Of a stretch of 64,000 nt of DNA, positions 1-12,394 are shown piece after piece. Position 1 is the first letter of the stretch. Each line of letters begins with the position of its first letter. This DNA comes from Chiloscyllium plagiosum (lineage: Eukaryota). Position numbers and translations under genes: made by a program. Where the stretch lies: the NCBI RefSeq assembly GCF_004010195.1, contig NC_057728.1:43710938-43774937 (forward strand), given 5' to 3'. Below the pieces are notes generated by a model. That model did not search any database and was not told the DNA's origin. It saw only the letters and a program-made list of their open reading frames with translations.

Positions 1-760
1 TCCGGAGGTTATGACCCTTGAGGACCTGTGCTTCAATTTCCTGCCTAGTGCTTCATAATGCCCAAACAGGTCCTCCACCCTAGTCTTTCCTATGTTGTTG
101 GTACCAACGTGGACCACAACAACTGGATCCTCCCCCTCCCGCTCCAATATCCTTTCAAGACGGTCGGAGATGTCTCGCACCCTGGCATCGGGCAGGCAAC
201 ACACCATGCGAGACTCCCGATCCGGCTTGGAAAGGATACTATCTGTCCCCCTAATTATAGAATCCCCTATAACCACTACTTGTCTATTAGCTCCCCCCTC
301 TTGAATGGCCTTCTGGACCATGGTGCCTTGGTCAGTTGGCTCATCCTGTCCAGAGCCCTTTTCCTCATCTGTACAGGGAGCAAGAATCTCGTACCTGTTG
401 GACAAGGTCAAGGGCTGAGGCTCCTGCACTCCTGAACTCCGGTTCCCCCTACCTGCCTCACTTACAGTCACACTCTTTTGTGCCTGATCACTAGCTGAAT
501 GTGAATTACTTAATCTCCCAGGTGTGGCTGCCTCCTGAAACAAAGCATCCAGGTAACTCTCCCCCTCCCGGATGTGCCGCAGTGTTTGAAGCTCAGATTC
601 CAGATCATCAACTCTGATCCGGAGTTCTTCCAGCAACCAACACTTGCTGCAGATGTGGTCACTGCCGTTCACAATGGGATCAGCCAGCTCCCACACCATA
701 CAGCAACAACACATAACCTGCCCAGCCATCTCGGGTTAATTAGTTACTTTGTACAAGTAT
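1..760 (-). mobile_element. CR1 LINE 5' region (ORF1 with Cys-rich N-terminus and SGNH/GDSL esterase domain), frameshifted; runs off the window start
   Basis: Minus strand reads VVIGDSIIRG (~277-248) and VVHVGTNNIGK (~117-85), the SGNH esterase blocks of CR1 ORF1. HICSKCW lies at ~657-637 and there is an ATG at 729. Confidence 0.85.
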
Positions 761-849
761 GAATTAGAATACCTTCTGATACCTCTCTGCTATAGTTTTG
801 TTTTACCCTAAATAAGGACTTGATGTATACACACACAAAAAAAAACAAA

Positions 850-3116
850 GTAAATTTTTGCCATTAGAGAGGCCCCAGAGGAATTTACTCAGTTTACTCC
901 CTTTGAGTTAATATTTGTACATGAAGTGAAAGGGCCTTTGAAACTAATTAAAGAAAAATTGATAGGACCAAAGTTGGAGATTTCACACTTGGATTATATA
1001 TCTGAAGTGAGGGAGAGGGTGAGTGAGCTAAACAGCACCTGAACAGGGCAGGATATAGAATGATGCAGGTGGCAGACTTGGACGTTTTCCCATGGGGATA
1101 ACATATTAGTGGTCGGAGATCCCTTCAAAGCCAGGTTTAGTGGTCCCTATCAAACTGAGAAAAAGTTGAGTCAAGTAAACTATCTAGAAAGGATGCTGGA
1201 TAGAAAAAAAAGCTGTATTGGGTAAATCATGTGAATATGTTGGTACCTTACTGGAGAAACAGGTGTTAGTTACTGCCTCACAGAGTGAAGAATCAAATCT
1301 AGATGGATTTTGATGTGCCTCAAAATAATTAAATAATAAGGAAGTCCTTGAGGAATGTGAGCTCTCTGTCTCAGGAGCAAAGAATCAAAGTTTTGTTGCA
1401 GCAGTATGAGGACCTCTGCAGAATAGAATGGGGAGGACTAATACTCTTGTGCATGAGGTTGAAGTAGAGAATGCTATTCCAATAAAACAATACCCCACGG
1501 GCTTAATCCTCTCAAAGCCGCACATGTCCAGAAGGAATTGGTTGTGATGCTCAATAAAGGCATCATCGAATCGAGTCAGAGTGAGTGGAGTTCACCAATC
1601 ATGTTAGTTACCAAATCTGATGGGACTCAATGACTTTGTGTGGACTTTTGGAAGGTCAACACCACAACTAAATCAGAATCCTATCCAATACCAAGATTGG
1701 AGGACTGTCTACAGAAAATTGGACAATCCACTTATATCATGAAGTTGGATTTATTGCGTGGTTATTGTCAGGTACCTTTATCAGAGAAAGCAAAATAAGT
1801 TTCTCCATTGGGCTATATCAATTCAAAGTGATGCTCTTTGGAATGAAGAATTCACCAACCACATTCCAAAGACGCATGAACAGACTTGTGGCTGGATTAA
1901 CAAACTGTGCAGTTTATCTTCATGATATAGTGATCTTTAGCGAGTCATGGAAAGATCATATAGTACAGTTGGCAGAACTCTTTGAACGATTGGTGGGCGG
2001 CACGGTGGCACAGTGGTTAGCACTGCTGCCTCACAGCGCCAGAGACCCGGGTTCAATTCCCGCCTCAGGCGACTGACTGTGTGGAGTTTGCAGTTCTCCC
2101 TGTGTCTGCGTATGGGTGGTTTGCGCTTCGGCGGGGCGGTGTGGACTTGTTGGGCCGAAGGGCCTGTTTCCACACTGTAAAGTAATCTAATCTAATCTTA
2201 AATTAGGAGAAGCAAAACTGGTCATATACATAAAGAAAACTGGTCATATACATACAGAATTTGCGAAGGCAGAATCATTCTTGGGACATAACATTGGTCA
2301 TGGAAAGTTGACCGAAAGGAACGTGAAGATGAAGGCCTTCAAGGAATTTCCATGACCTTCCTCTAAGAAAGAGGTGTTTCGATTTTTGGGACTTAGCGAA
2401 TTCTACCCGAAGTTTGTTCTAAACTTCAACATTGTGGTGGCACCGCTAACAAATTTACGAAAGAAGAACATGAAATTTCGGTGGACAGAGCAATGCCAGG
2501 AGGCATTTGAAAATTTAAATCATATTTACCAATGATCAGTTTTAGCTACATCAAGTTTTTTGAAACCCTTCAAAGTTGCAATCGATGCTAGTGATATAGG
2601 AGTTCTAGCTGTATTGATGCAGGAAGATGATGATGGAATTGAATGGCCCATTTGCTATGTTTTGAAAAAAACTCAATATCCACCAGAAAAAATACTCCTC
2701 TATCAAAAAGGAATTACTGAGTTTGGTACTGGCCTTACAACATTTTAATGTGTATGTGACTAACAATGTGTCAGAGACGGTTGTGTACACCGACCACAAT
2801 CCTCTCACATTTTTGGAAACATTCAAGTCAAAAATATGTGACTATATCGTTGGAGTCTTATGTTACAGACTTAATTTACGAATTGGACATGTTGCAGGCC
2901 ATAAAAATATGACAGCAGATGCATTATTGTGGATTTGAAGGAAAAAGTGTAGATAAGATTTGACAAATACAATGTTATATATGTATGCAGAATTAATTAG
3001 AAAAGCATAACTTAGGTTAATGACATGTGTTTTCATAGTAATGGTATTAGCAATTAGAGAAAAAAATGAAGCCATCTTTTCACTATGATGGTTCATTTTT
3101 TTCTTAACGGAGGAGG
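850..3116 (+). mobile_element. Ty3/Gypsy LTR retrotransposon pol relic, Gmr1-like order (IN C-terminus, RT, RNase H), 5'-truncated and decayed
   Basis: REAPEEFTQFTPFELIF..KGPL (~866-925) and RFSGPY (1133-1150) are integrase C-terminal/GPY motifs. Then come WSSPIMLV..LCVDFWKVN and YLHDIVIFS (RT), then PFKVAIDASDIG, YTDHNPLTF and HVAGHKNMTADAL (RNase H). A purine tract lies at ~3106-3116. Confidence 0.85.
1995..2198 (+). mobile_element. HE1-type tRNA-derived SINE, internally deleted, inserted in the Gmr1-like RT
   Basis: A box TGGCACAGTGG, B box GGTTCAATTCC and a (TAATC)n tail. It lacks the central ~115 bp present in the copy at 7114-7371. Confidence 0.9.
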
Positions 3117-3900
3117 TGTTTCAAAGTCGAAAGCATGTACGGTCACTTAGAGATAGAAAGTGCTTTTCTGAATTTAAAGTACAGCCACAGCTGCCAGCTA
3201 AAGGTCAGGCTGTTCAAAATCTAACAATGGGCTGTTTAATGGATATGTGAGTACTGGTTGTTATTCTGAAAACAATTCAAATTTAACCAATTAGTTTAAA
3301 TTATGCCCAGAAGCCAATGGACTTTGAATTTTATTGTTTTGACACCTGGAAATCAATCAAATTATATGAATTTAATGTGTCATGAAGCCGGAATTTTGAA
3401 AATTAAAGGAAGAACAACTGCCATCGAGCAACAGAGCAACTGCTATAGAGCCGGAGAGCTAACCGCTCATCTAACATCTTGCTCTCAAAGAAATTAGAAA
3501 ACACTTTCTATCAAAGGTACCTTTTCATGTATGACATGCTCACAGTAAAAGGAAAGATGATCCAGGGAGGTCAGCAGTCAGAAGACTGAAGACCTCAGAG
3601 AAGACAAAGACTGTGTGGTCTTGAGATTAAGTTAATGTACTGTTTAATAAATGTGTTATTGGAACAGCATTTTTATAAAGTTGGATTCAGATAGTAAGTA
3701 GTTGAGCAAGGGTGATTGGACTTGTGAATAGTTGTTGTTTAGTGTTCACTATTAGAGTTAAGAAAATAAACTGTTTTTCTTTAAATAGTGGAATTTAGGA
3801 GTTCTCTGTCACTTATATTTTAGCAGAATACAAGGCAAGGCGAGTTTTTCTGTGTGTTTGGTTTTAATTAACAGAGGGGTTCGATCTCTGCGGTGTAACA
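3117..3900 (+). mobile_element. 3' LTR of the Gmr1-like element
   Basis: Starts TGTT directly after the polypurine tract and ends AACA at 3900, with internal AATAAA signals (~3646, ~3765). Confidence 0.7.
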
Positions 3901-4375
3901 CTAGGTTTTTGAATTCTAAAAAAATTATGGTCTCAATTGCAACCATAACAATTGCATATAAATAATGTCTAATTAAATGAAAGTTGTAGGCATTAATTGA
4001 GGTTTCACTTGAGCACACGGAAAGATATTACTGAAACTGTGATGGTGTTTGAGTTAGAAAGCATATAAGGTCTCATTCTGTAATTAAATGGAAGACTGAG
4101 TAAAGATTGGCTCCAGTATCATTTCCCATAAACTGGCTTTCTGGAATAAAATAACATTTTGAGAGAGTGTTGATAGCAGAGATTTGAAAGAGCATGGCAG
4201 AATAACTGAAGAGAAAGAACTGTTAGCATACCAACTAATCCTCACTCAAACCCTTCCGATCCTGAAAATCCAATCTTTCTGATCTACCCCTCCAAATATG
4301 CCATACCTGTGTCCCATCTCCCTCCTGTGTCCTTCCCATATCACAACCCCAGCTCTATCTGCCCTCCACACCCCA

Positions 4376-7300
4376 GTAAGGGAGCTGCTGGCGGTAATTT
4401 CTGTCTTTGTTGGCACTCTGTGTACTTCCCTACTAAAATGGCTATGTCTGCATCCTATTCTGGTCACCAGACATAGCTTTTCACCAATAATTTCAGTTTG
4501 GAAACCTCTAGATGACCCTGCTTGGAACAATCACAATTGTTCTCCATAACAATATGCCACCCTCGACTATAATCTGGACTTGCTAAGTCCAAAAAGGGTT
4601 CAGTTCTGATTGAGACAGTCCTGTGACTTACCCCATCACCATCAGCTATTTCAATTTTGCCAGGGATGGATCTGTGTCCTTGGTCTGATATTATCAGCTG
4701 TGACTGGGAATATGTCCAGAAAATTTAAAACCATTACAGACTCTTCCAAGGGCGCGACTACTCATTTTTATCTACCAGCGGCAGGCAGCTCAATGCATCT
4801 GCATTTGCTACTTAACCTCCCAGATGGTGTTCCAACTTGTAATTCTATGCACTTAGTATTACAGCCTACCACTGAATTCAGCCTGACGTCTTGTCCTCTT
4901 TAAGTAGACCTAGCAGGGGTTTGTAGTCTTTTATTATGACAAATTTACATCTGTAAAGGTATTGATAGAACTTACTGACTCCAAATATGACAGCCAGACC
5001 TACATTCTCTATCTCGATGTATTTACACACTGCAGTAGCACAAGTCCTGGGTGCATATGCTATTGAGTATTCCTCTCCAGTAGGCCACCTATGAGCTAAT
5101 ACTACCCCAATGCCATATGGAGAGCCAGCGCATGTCATTACAAGTTTCACTTTTGAGCATAGTGAGCCAACACCTTAAAGAATGATAGCTGCTTCTTCAA
5201 TACCCTGAAAGCTACAGCTTGGCTATGCAAAGATTTCCAAAGCTGACACTTTTTTAGGAGTTGGTGCAAACTTGCCAGGTTAGAGGACAGGTTATTTATA
5301 AACTTTCTGGAATAATTCACCAGCCCAAGGAAAGACTTAAGCTCCATTGCAGACATGGGAGCAGGACACCTTTGATCACCAATAGATATAACCCAGTCTT
5401 GTCGACTCTTTAGCCGAAGGAGGTCATATTGGGTGCCTGGAACACACATTGTTTCCTTCTAAGGTGTATGGTCACTTGGGAGAAACAGCTAAGGACCACG
5501 TCCAAATTCTCTAACTGTTCCTTAACAGTCTTCCCTGCTATTCCCACATCATCCAAATTAATGGTGACCTGGAATAAACCTTGTAAAATGTTCTCCATCA
5601 TCGGACAAATTGCACAGGCTGACAATATCCCAAATGCAGTCTTGTATACTGATACAAACCCTTATGGATATTAACTGCAGCATACTTCTGGGAATTCTCA
5701 TCTGACTGCAATTATAAATACGCATGGCTTATGTCAAATTTTGTGTAGAACAGCCCCCCTACCAGCTTTGCAATACATCCTCCTTGCAAGGGATTGGATA
5801 TTTATCAAACTTCAAAAAATGGTTCACTCTTTACTTAAAATCCCCATAAAGGCGAACCAACCTGTCAGGCTTCATAATCAGTACAACCGATACTGCCCAT
5901 TCCGCAAACTGGACTGAAATGACAATTCTTTTGCTTTCCCAGCCTTCTGATTTTTGCCTCTGCTTTTGCCTGTAAGGCAAATGGCACTGGATGGGCCTTA
6001 CAGTAGTGTGGAATTGTTTCCAGATCAACATGCAAGGTGCCTTGGCACCTTTGAAAGTTCCTAGACCTTTCCAAAAAGCTTTCGGGTATTTATTTCGGAC
6101 ATCATTCAAGAAGCCATTTTCTAATTGAAAATGTTGAGCCAATCTAGGTGAATCTTTCATAACCAATTTCACCCCATCAAGTTTGGGCCTGAGCCTTTTA
6201 CTACAAATCAGCGGTAACTGAACCAGCTGCTTCTCATAACAGAGCAGAGCTTCTCAGTCTAGCCAAGATCTTGTGCAAACTCAAGGATTGGAGTCCAAGC
6301 AAATTTTTTGAACACTGGTTCTGCGATCACTAACACAACTGTGCTAGTATCAACCGCCATTAGAAACGGGTGACATTTGACCAGATGTTTATTTTGATTG
6401 GTTCTGATTTACGTGTTGCTAAGCAATTTAACTATTGCAAACCAGATGTTGGTGGACTTTCAAGGATCCCAGCCTACGAGTATTCTTACTCAAGTTAGGT
6501 TGAGTGGGACTCTTTTGCTGTCTCGAATCTGCATACAGCAGCAACTACAATGACTTGCCAGTCTGGATCCCTGAAGGAAATTTTAACCATTTGGCCAAGG
6601 CTTGGCTTTGTTTTGGAGTATTGCTGTGGGCTGGCCTCGAGTCCCGCTGTTCAGGATATGTCCTGAATGAGGCTATGCAATTGCCTGCACTTCAAGAACT
6701 TAGTCAAACTGGCAAATGTGTCCACTTCCATTGAAATACCCTGCAACTCATTTGCTGCACTTTACACTGATAAAGCAAGTTGTAGTGCCTGTTTGAAGTC
6801 CAATTAGGCCTCCTCTCATAGGCACTTTTGCACAGTTAGATCATTAATCCCACATACCAAACAGTCTCTCAGCATCTCATTAAGGGTTAAACCAAAGTGA
6901 CATGCCTCTGCCAGTTGACTTAACCTCATTAAAAATCCAGATATGGATTCCTCTGGCTCTCGAATCAGAGAGTAAAGCTAATAGTATCGCAGAAATTACA
7001 GGAGGCTTGGGGTCGGAATATTCCTTAACTAAAGCCGTTAACACTGGGGGCAGCACGTTGGCTCTGTGGTTAGCACTGCTGCATCACAGCATCAGGGACC
7101 TAGGTTCAATTCCCGACTCAGGCGACTGACTGTGTGGAGTTTGCACGTTCTCCCCGTGTCTGCGTGGGTTTCCTCCGGGTGCTCCGGTTTCCTCCCACAA
7201 TCCAAAAATGTGCGGGTCAGGTGAATTGGCCATGCTAAATTGCCCGTAGTGTTAGGCTAAAGGGGTAAATGTAGGGGTATGGGTGGGTTGCGCTTCGGCA

Positions 7301-7894
7301 GGTCGGTGTGGACTTGTTGGGCCGAAGGGCCTGTTTCCACACTGTAAGTAATCTAATCTAATCTAATCTAATCAATTCCACCCTCGGGTGATTACCTGTG
7401 TTTAATTTGCACATTATTCCCATATCTGTGTGTTACTCCACTTTCCTCTCACAGTCCAAAGATGTGCCGGTTACATGGATTGGCCATGGGAAATGCAGGG
7501 TTACAGGGATGGGGGGGTGGGGGGTGGGAATGGGTCTGGGTGGGATGCTATTCAGAGGGTTGCTGTGGACTCTGCTTCCACACTATAGGGATTCTATGAT
7601 TCTTGAAAGGTTTTAGTATCTGGTGCCTCAGGGAAAGTTAGTCTCGTCATAACCAAAAAAGCTGCAGGTCCTCAAATTATCAGGAGAATTACTCACTACT
7701 TTTCATCTGCCCTAATGTCATTTACCCATAAAACATAATATATTCTCTCCACATACTGGGCCCAGTCTTTAACGGCAAGATCGAACAAGTCAAGCCTCCC
7801 AAGTAATGGTATGATGCCATAAATGCTCACCCCAACTCAAAGATGACTGTTACAAGCAAATTTCTTCGGGAGCATACTTTACGCTCATCGCCAC
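4376..7894 (-). mobile_element. Ty3/Gypsy (Mag/K02A2.6-like) internal region relic: gag-PR-RT-RH-IN start, truncated in integrase
   Basis: ORF fragments include WAVSVVLIMKPDRLVRLYGDFK, INLDDVGIAG, LKSFLGLVNY, CAGSPYGIGVVLAH and DYKPLLGLLKEDK. An integrase zinc-finger-like segment (KSYVW..DADIA..CQQ) lies at ~4490-4400. A PBS TGGCGATGAG at 7893-7884 resembles the complement of the tRNA-Ser(GCU) 3' end. Confidence 0.88.
7046..7602 (+). mobile_element. Older HE1-type SINE with a younger HE1-type SINE (7114-7371) inserted at its B box
   Basis: A diverged tRNA head is followed by a clean SINE body with a (TAATC)n tail, then the old SINE body resumes and ends GGATTCTATGATTC. TCAATTCC flanks the insert (7106-7113, 7372-7379). 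Confidence 0.85.
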
Positions 7895-8129
7895 TGAAAT
7901 AACTGCACAGAAGCCAGTGTTCATCATCAAGTCACCTTTTATTTACATGGGCATAGCACTTAACACTGGTCCAGCTTCCTTAGAGCCAGCTCTCAGAGTG
8001 AACAGAACCTCTCACACTCCTGTTTTAATCTGTCAGCCAGGGCTCCCTGATTAGACCAGATTAACAACCCCAGTCAGGGAACTTATATTCTACGAAGTCA
8101 AACTGGCTGACCTCATTACAATCAGTACA
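7895..8129 (-). mobile_element. 5' LTR (~235 bp) of the Mag-like Gypsy element
   Basis: TG...CA ends, adjacent to the PBS, and homologous over its length to the solo LTR at 61861-62090. Confidence 0.85.
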
Positions 8130-8669
8130 ATGGGAAATTCCATTACGTTCTTAAACAATATATGCATGCCTTCAGTAATGTCTACTTACAGAGGGGTCAG
8201 AATTGGTACTAGGATCATGTCTGCAATGTTCTATGAATTTCCTCTATTACTCACATATGTATATTGTTGAAATAGTTAATAAAGGTCATTATTCATTAGT
8301 ATAATGGTATACTTGCCTCTCCCTACATTCTCCCCACTACATGGCTTCCAGTAGAACGCTTGCTTGGTAAAACTTCCAGATTGCTTCAAATGTTCCCATC
8401 ATCAGTCAATAACATAAGACACAGTCCTGAGGAACTTTCGAAGTTGAAGCAATAAACCATACTCAGACTCGGTTGATCCCAACAGAAATAAACAGAATCA
8501 ATCAGCCACACATAGGGTCCAGGTGCAGTAGATGTGCTGCACTGGGAGAATGCCTAGAAACTTTCCAATACAGGTTGCAGAAGCTGGCAAACAAAAGCTC
8601 AGTTGATAGCAATCAAATACAAATGAATTAACTCACACACTTACTTAACTGCAGAAAGGAGATAAGTAA

Positions 8670-8877
8670 AGACACCATAGTGTTGCTCTCCCACTAAAAA
8701 AAACAGACAACTGGTGGTAATTTAATCTGAGGGTCACCATGCCTCACGCAAGGAAATAGCCAGAGAAGAAGAACCCCTCAGGCTAACCTCAGCCAGTATG
8801 GGAACTGAACCCATGGTCTTGGTGCTACTCTGTTTTATAAGGGAGCAGGACAGTCAACTGAGCTAACCAATCCCCAC
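8670..8877 (-). mobile_element. Old tRNA-derived SINE of a different family
   Basis: Minus strand has an A-box-like TGGTTAGCTCAGTTGA and a B-box-like GGTTCAGTTCC. A decayed relative lies at ~30640-30825. Confidence 0.55.
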
Positions 8878-8949
8878 AAAAGTTAGCTACATCACTTATG
8901 ACATCCTAACCAAGTCTTTCGACCATAAGATTTATCCAGACCCAGTCAT

Positions 8950-9105
8950 TTTTTAATTCATTCATGGGATGAGGACATCACTGGCTAGGCCAGCATTTAA
9001 TGCCCATCGCTAATGGCAGTTAAGAGTCAACCACATTGCTGTGGGTCTGGAGTCACATGTAGGCCAGACCAGGTAAGGATGGCATTTTCCTTCCCTGAAG
9101 GACAG
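8950..9105 (-). mobile_element. CR1-type 3' tail fragment
   Basis: GGGCATTAAATGCTGGCC-like terminus matching the 3' end of the LINE at 54915-54965. Confidence 0.6.
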
Positions 9106-9149
9106 TCTCTCTGTAAGTAAGTCATGGCAACAGTATATCTGAAGCCTTG

Positions 9150-11450
9150 CTTAAAAAACTGATAAAGGTCAGGTTAGCATGGTTTTAAATACAAAACGAT
9201 AACATGGCTCATGCAATTCTTGGCTGCCTCAGAATAAAGGAAGAAATGGGAAAGTATGTTGTGAAAGTTAAGGCTTTTGAAACTAATTTCAGTCTCAGGT
9301 GAAGCAGTTATCAACTGTGCTATGTTTAATTGGTACAGGCAGGAACCAGGGGAGAGTATGAATTCTTTCTGAAATGATCTCAATTATTTGGCCATATGTC
9401 TACAGCTTTCTCTGAGATGGACCGATGTGAGACCACATTGTAGTTGGTTTCTGGGATGGGGTTCTCGCTCTTCTTTTGCAGAGAGGACTTCACGGTGTCC
9501 AAGGATGGTGAAATATCCTGGTGAGCAAATTCCATAAACATAACAAATCCCTTCTTCAGTGAGACAAAGATTTTGCCTGGAAGCCCAAAGCTGAGTCTGT
9601 CAGGTTCAATATACCACAAGACAGTTAATCCACTTAGAATTTGGAAGCAATGGGAAGAGGGCACAAACACCACCACTGCTATTTGTTCATGGTACAGAGA
9701 GAAACATCCACATCAGAGGGAAAGTTGACAGCCATTAATGTCCAGTGCCATGTTGGTAATGTAAAGGCAATTTCAGAACCATGCAGGAGAAACAGGCCAA
9801 CAGTTGGATAAATAGCAAGAATAAATCCTAACAATTGATTTCTGCGAAAGAAATACATGTTAATAAAGAACATGATTTTTTTTCTGAGGGAAATTATAAA
9901 ACATCATGATAACTCTGGTATTCAGACTGCTTTGTTATTAGCAGGAAGCTTCATTTTTAATCAGATTACAGTGCCAGTGTGTCAATTTTTTCAATTAATG
10001 TTCAGTAGTCAAGCCATATTTTCTTCAGTCTTTAACTCACACTTACAAGAAAGAGGAGATATTTCACTGAAAGTCATGGGACAATCACATGCCACAATTC
10101 ACTGTGAACATCAGTTTACAAACATTCTCTATTTTACTTCTAATTAATGATATTCCTTACTAAACAGAGAACATTATCTTGCCTTGAGCCTTCATTAATC
10201 AGCAGCATCAGAAGCCGACTATGTATCCTACTTTCATGGCATTCTATCCTCAGGACCACATATGAACTTTCTACATCTTCTATTTATTTTTTTAGGACAG
10301 GCTACAGGCAGCAGAACAAGAGCTCAATGGGCAAGAAGGTAAACAGCTGCAGGATACCATTTCAGATCTAAACTTACTCTTTGATGACAGAGTATATGAG
10401 AAGGAAGGCACAACCACTGCTGATGATTTGATAAGAGGGAGTCCTAGATTCTGTCATGCTGTTTAAACACAGCATAGAAACCAACAACCATCATACATAC
10501 TTTGTCCTCTCTTTTGACCAACACAAACTGTACTGATACAGCGGTGTGCACAGAGCGAGTGAACTCGAATGGTGTACAACAGCAGCCAGTTAGATGCCCC
10601 ACTCCTTTTGACTTAAGAGACAATCGATCTGGATATCCTTCCTGAAGCTGCAGTAGCATACGTAGAATTTATTCTTCTCGATAATACAGAGATGCTTCTT
10701 ATTGATCCTCAATTTACAATTCAGAGTAATGTACAAGTGTCCTATTCAGACTATATATACATGCTCACTAATACACAGCAGGCCCACCTTCTGCAGATTT
10801 TAATGTTGGTATCCTAGAGGAAGCAAAATATTCCATTGGCCAGGAGTTTTGTCATTGTTCAAAGTGTAGCCTCTCAGATTCAGGACCATACAGAATTCCA
10901 CACTCCTCATACTAACCAGCCAATACTTCTTAAGGATCCAGTCTTGCTCATGTCTCTTCCAGAGGATGAATGCTTAACAGTTATGCCTTCACTTTAAAGC
11001 ACTCAAAATTTCCTGAATGCAGAGCCTGGATCGAAGAAGAAGGCCTCTCAGTGGAGATACACCACTACCTACAACTGACATGTCAACTCTAAGAGATCGA
11101 TGGACTTCCTAGAGTGTCTTACCTTTAGCAGCAAGTATCCTCTTGTCCCCAGAGATGGAATTCAGTCATTCCTCTATGGTCTTCGTATGAGAGAGTGCAG
11201 GAGATGCAGATGGTCCATTTCCCAGAGCAGGTGTTGAAGATTTCCCCTGGGATACAGAGAAGAGTACAAAGAGAACTTACTACAGCCACCTTCCATTTCC
11301 ATTTTTCTCTTTCTTTCTCCAGGTGCTGATGTGGTTTGCCTCTCGAGTCCAGTGATCTTTGTTCACTGCCAATATCTTTGATCACTGTGACAGGTATGAC
11401 CCATGACTAGTAGTTGTATCAGATTGCACATCAAGCCTACTCAAGATTCT
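9150..11450 (-). mobile_element. Possible highly decayed L1/Tx1-clade LINE RT relic
   Basis: Weak motif echoes in the expected order on the minus strand: KKYWLVSMRSVEF (~NWRPISLLNVDY), DQ*EAS (~DQEKAFD) and GVGHLTGCCCTP (~GVRQGCPLSP). Boundaries are approximate. Confidence 0.3.
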
Positions 11451-12394
11451 TACTTCCTATTGGCAGAAAGTAAATCACTAACATCACATCCTTCTCCAAT
11501 ACTGAGCTGAGAACAAGACCAAAAACAGATTTGGGATGGTGGGAGTGTGAGAATAAGGAGATTGTCAATGGCTAACTACTGAGAAAAATGTTAACAATTA
11601 AATGTTATTGGTTGAATTATAATGATTTAAAGGAACACAATGAAAGATTTTAAGCGAAATGTAAAATAATGGATAAGTCACTTCATGGTAGTGAATGATA
11701 TATATCATCAGTGATGCCTGCTGACATAGGGGACACAATTGGGACAAGGATCAGACCTGCACAATTTTAAGAATACCCTCTCTTACCTACTTATGAATAG
11801 AATGTAAAATTAATAAATGTTGCTATTCACATTACAAGGATAGATTTGCATCTCTCCATATTCTCAATATGTCTTAATACAAGGTGCAATAGATTACCTG
11901 GAGTTTCCCTGACTTCACCTATGTTTTTTACTTTGTCTTCAAAGAAAGGGTACAAACTGTGAATTTAAAAATAAATGTTTTGGTTTATTTTGGTATCTAT
12001 ATCTGAACTCTGATCTGGCTCTCACTGATGAAGGTCTTGTGGAAAATAGCACTTTCTCCACTCATTCAACAAACTGTGTACCTCTATTTTGCAAGGCCCC
12101 AACTGTGGATCAGGAGAGGGTCTCCAGGCTTAGGAAGTCCCTGACCCTTGCTTGGCCCTCCATCTATAATTTGTAAGGGGCACACAGATTGTCAAAACTT
12201 TCCTAGGGTTCAATAGAATTATGGCAAGAGTCTAGCAGAACCTCCAAGGAATTTTGGGTTTCAAATCTTCACAAAAAGCTTTAAAATTATTTACTTTGTG
12301 AAATGCAGAATTTAAATTTTGCCTAATAACTATCTTATTTACACTTGCCTCCCTGGATTTTTTATTCAAAAGCTCCACATTCCGAATATGGACA

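Noticed and set aside
1995..2066. tRNA gene
   Set aside because: The A/B boxes belong to a SINE head followed by SINE body and tail; the same applies at 7046, 19639 and 24945.
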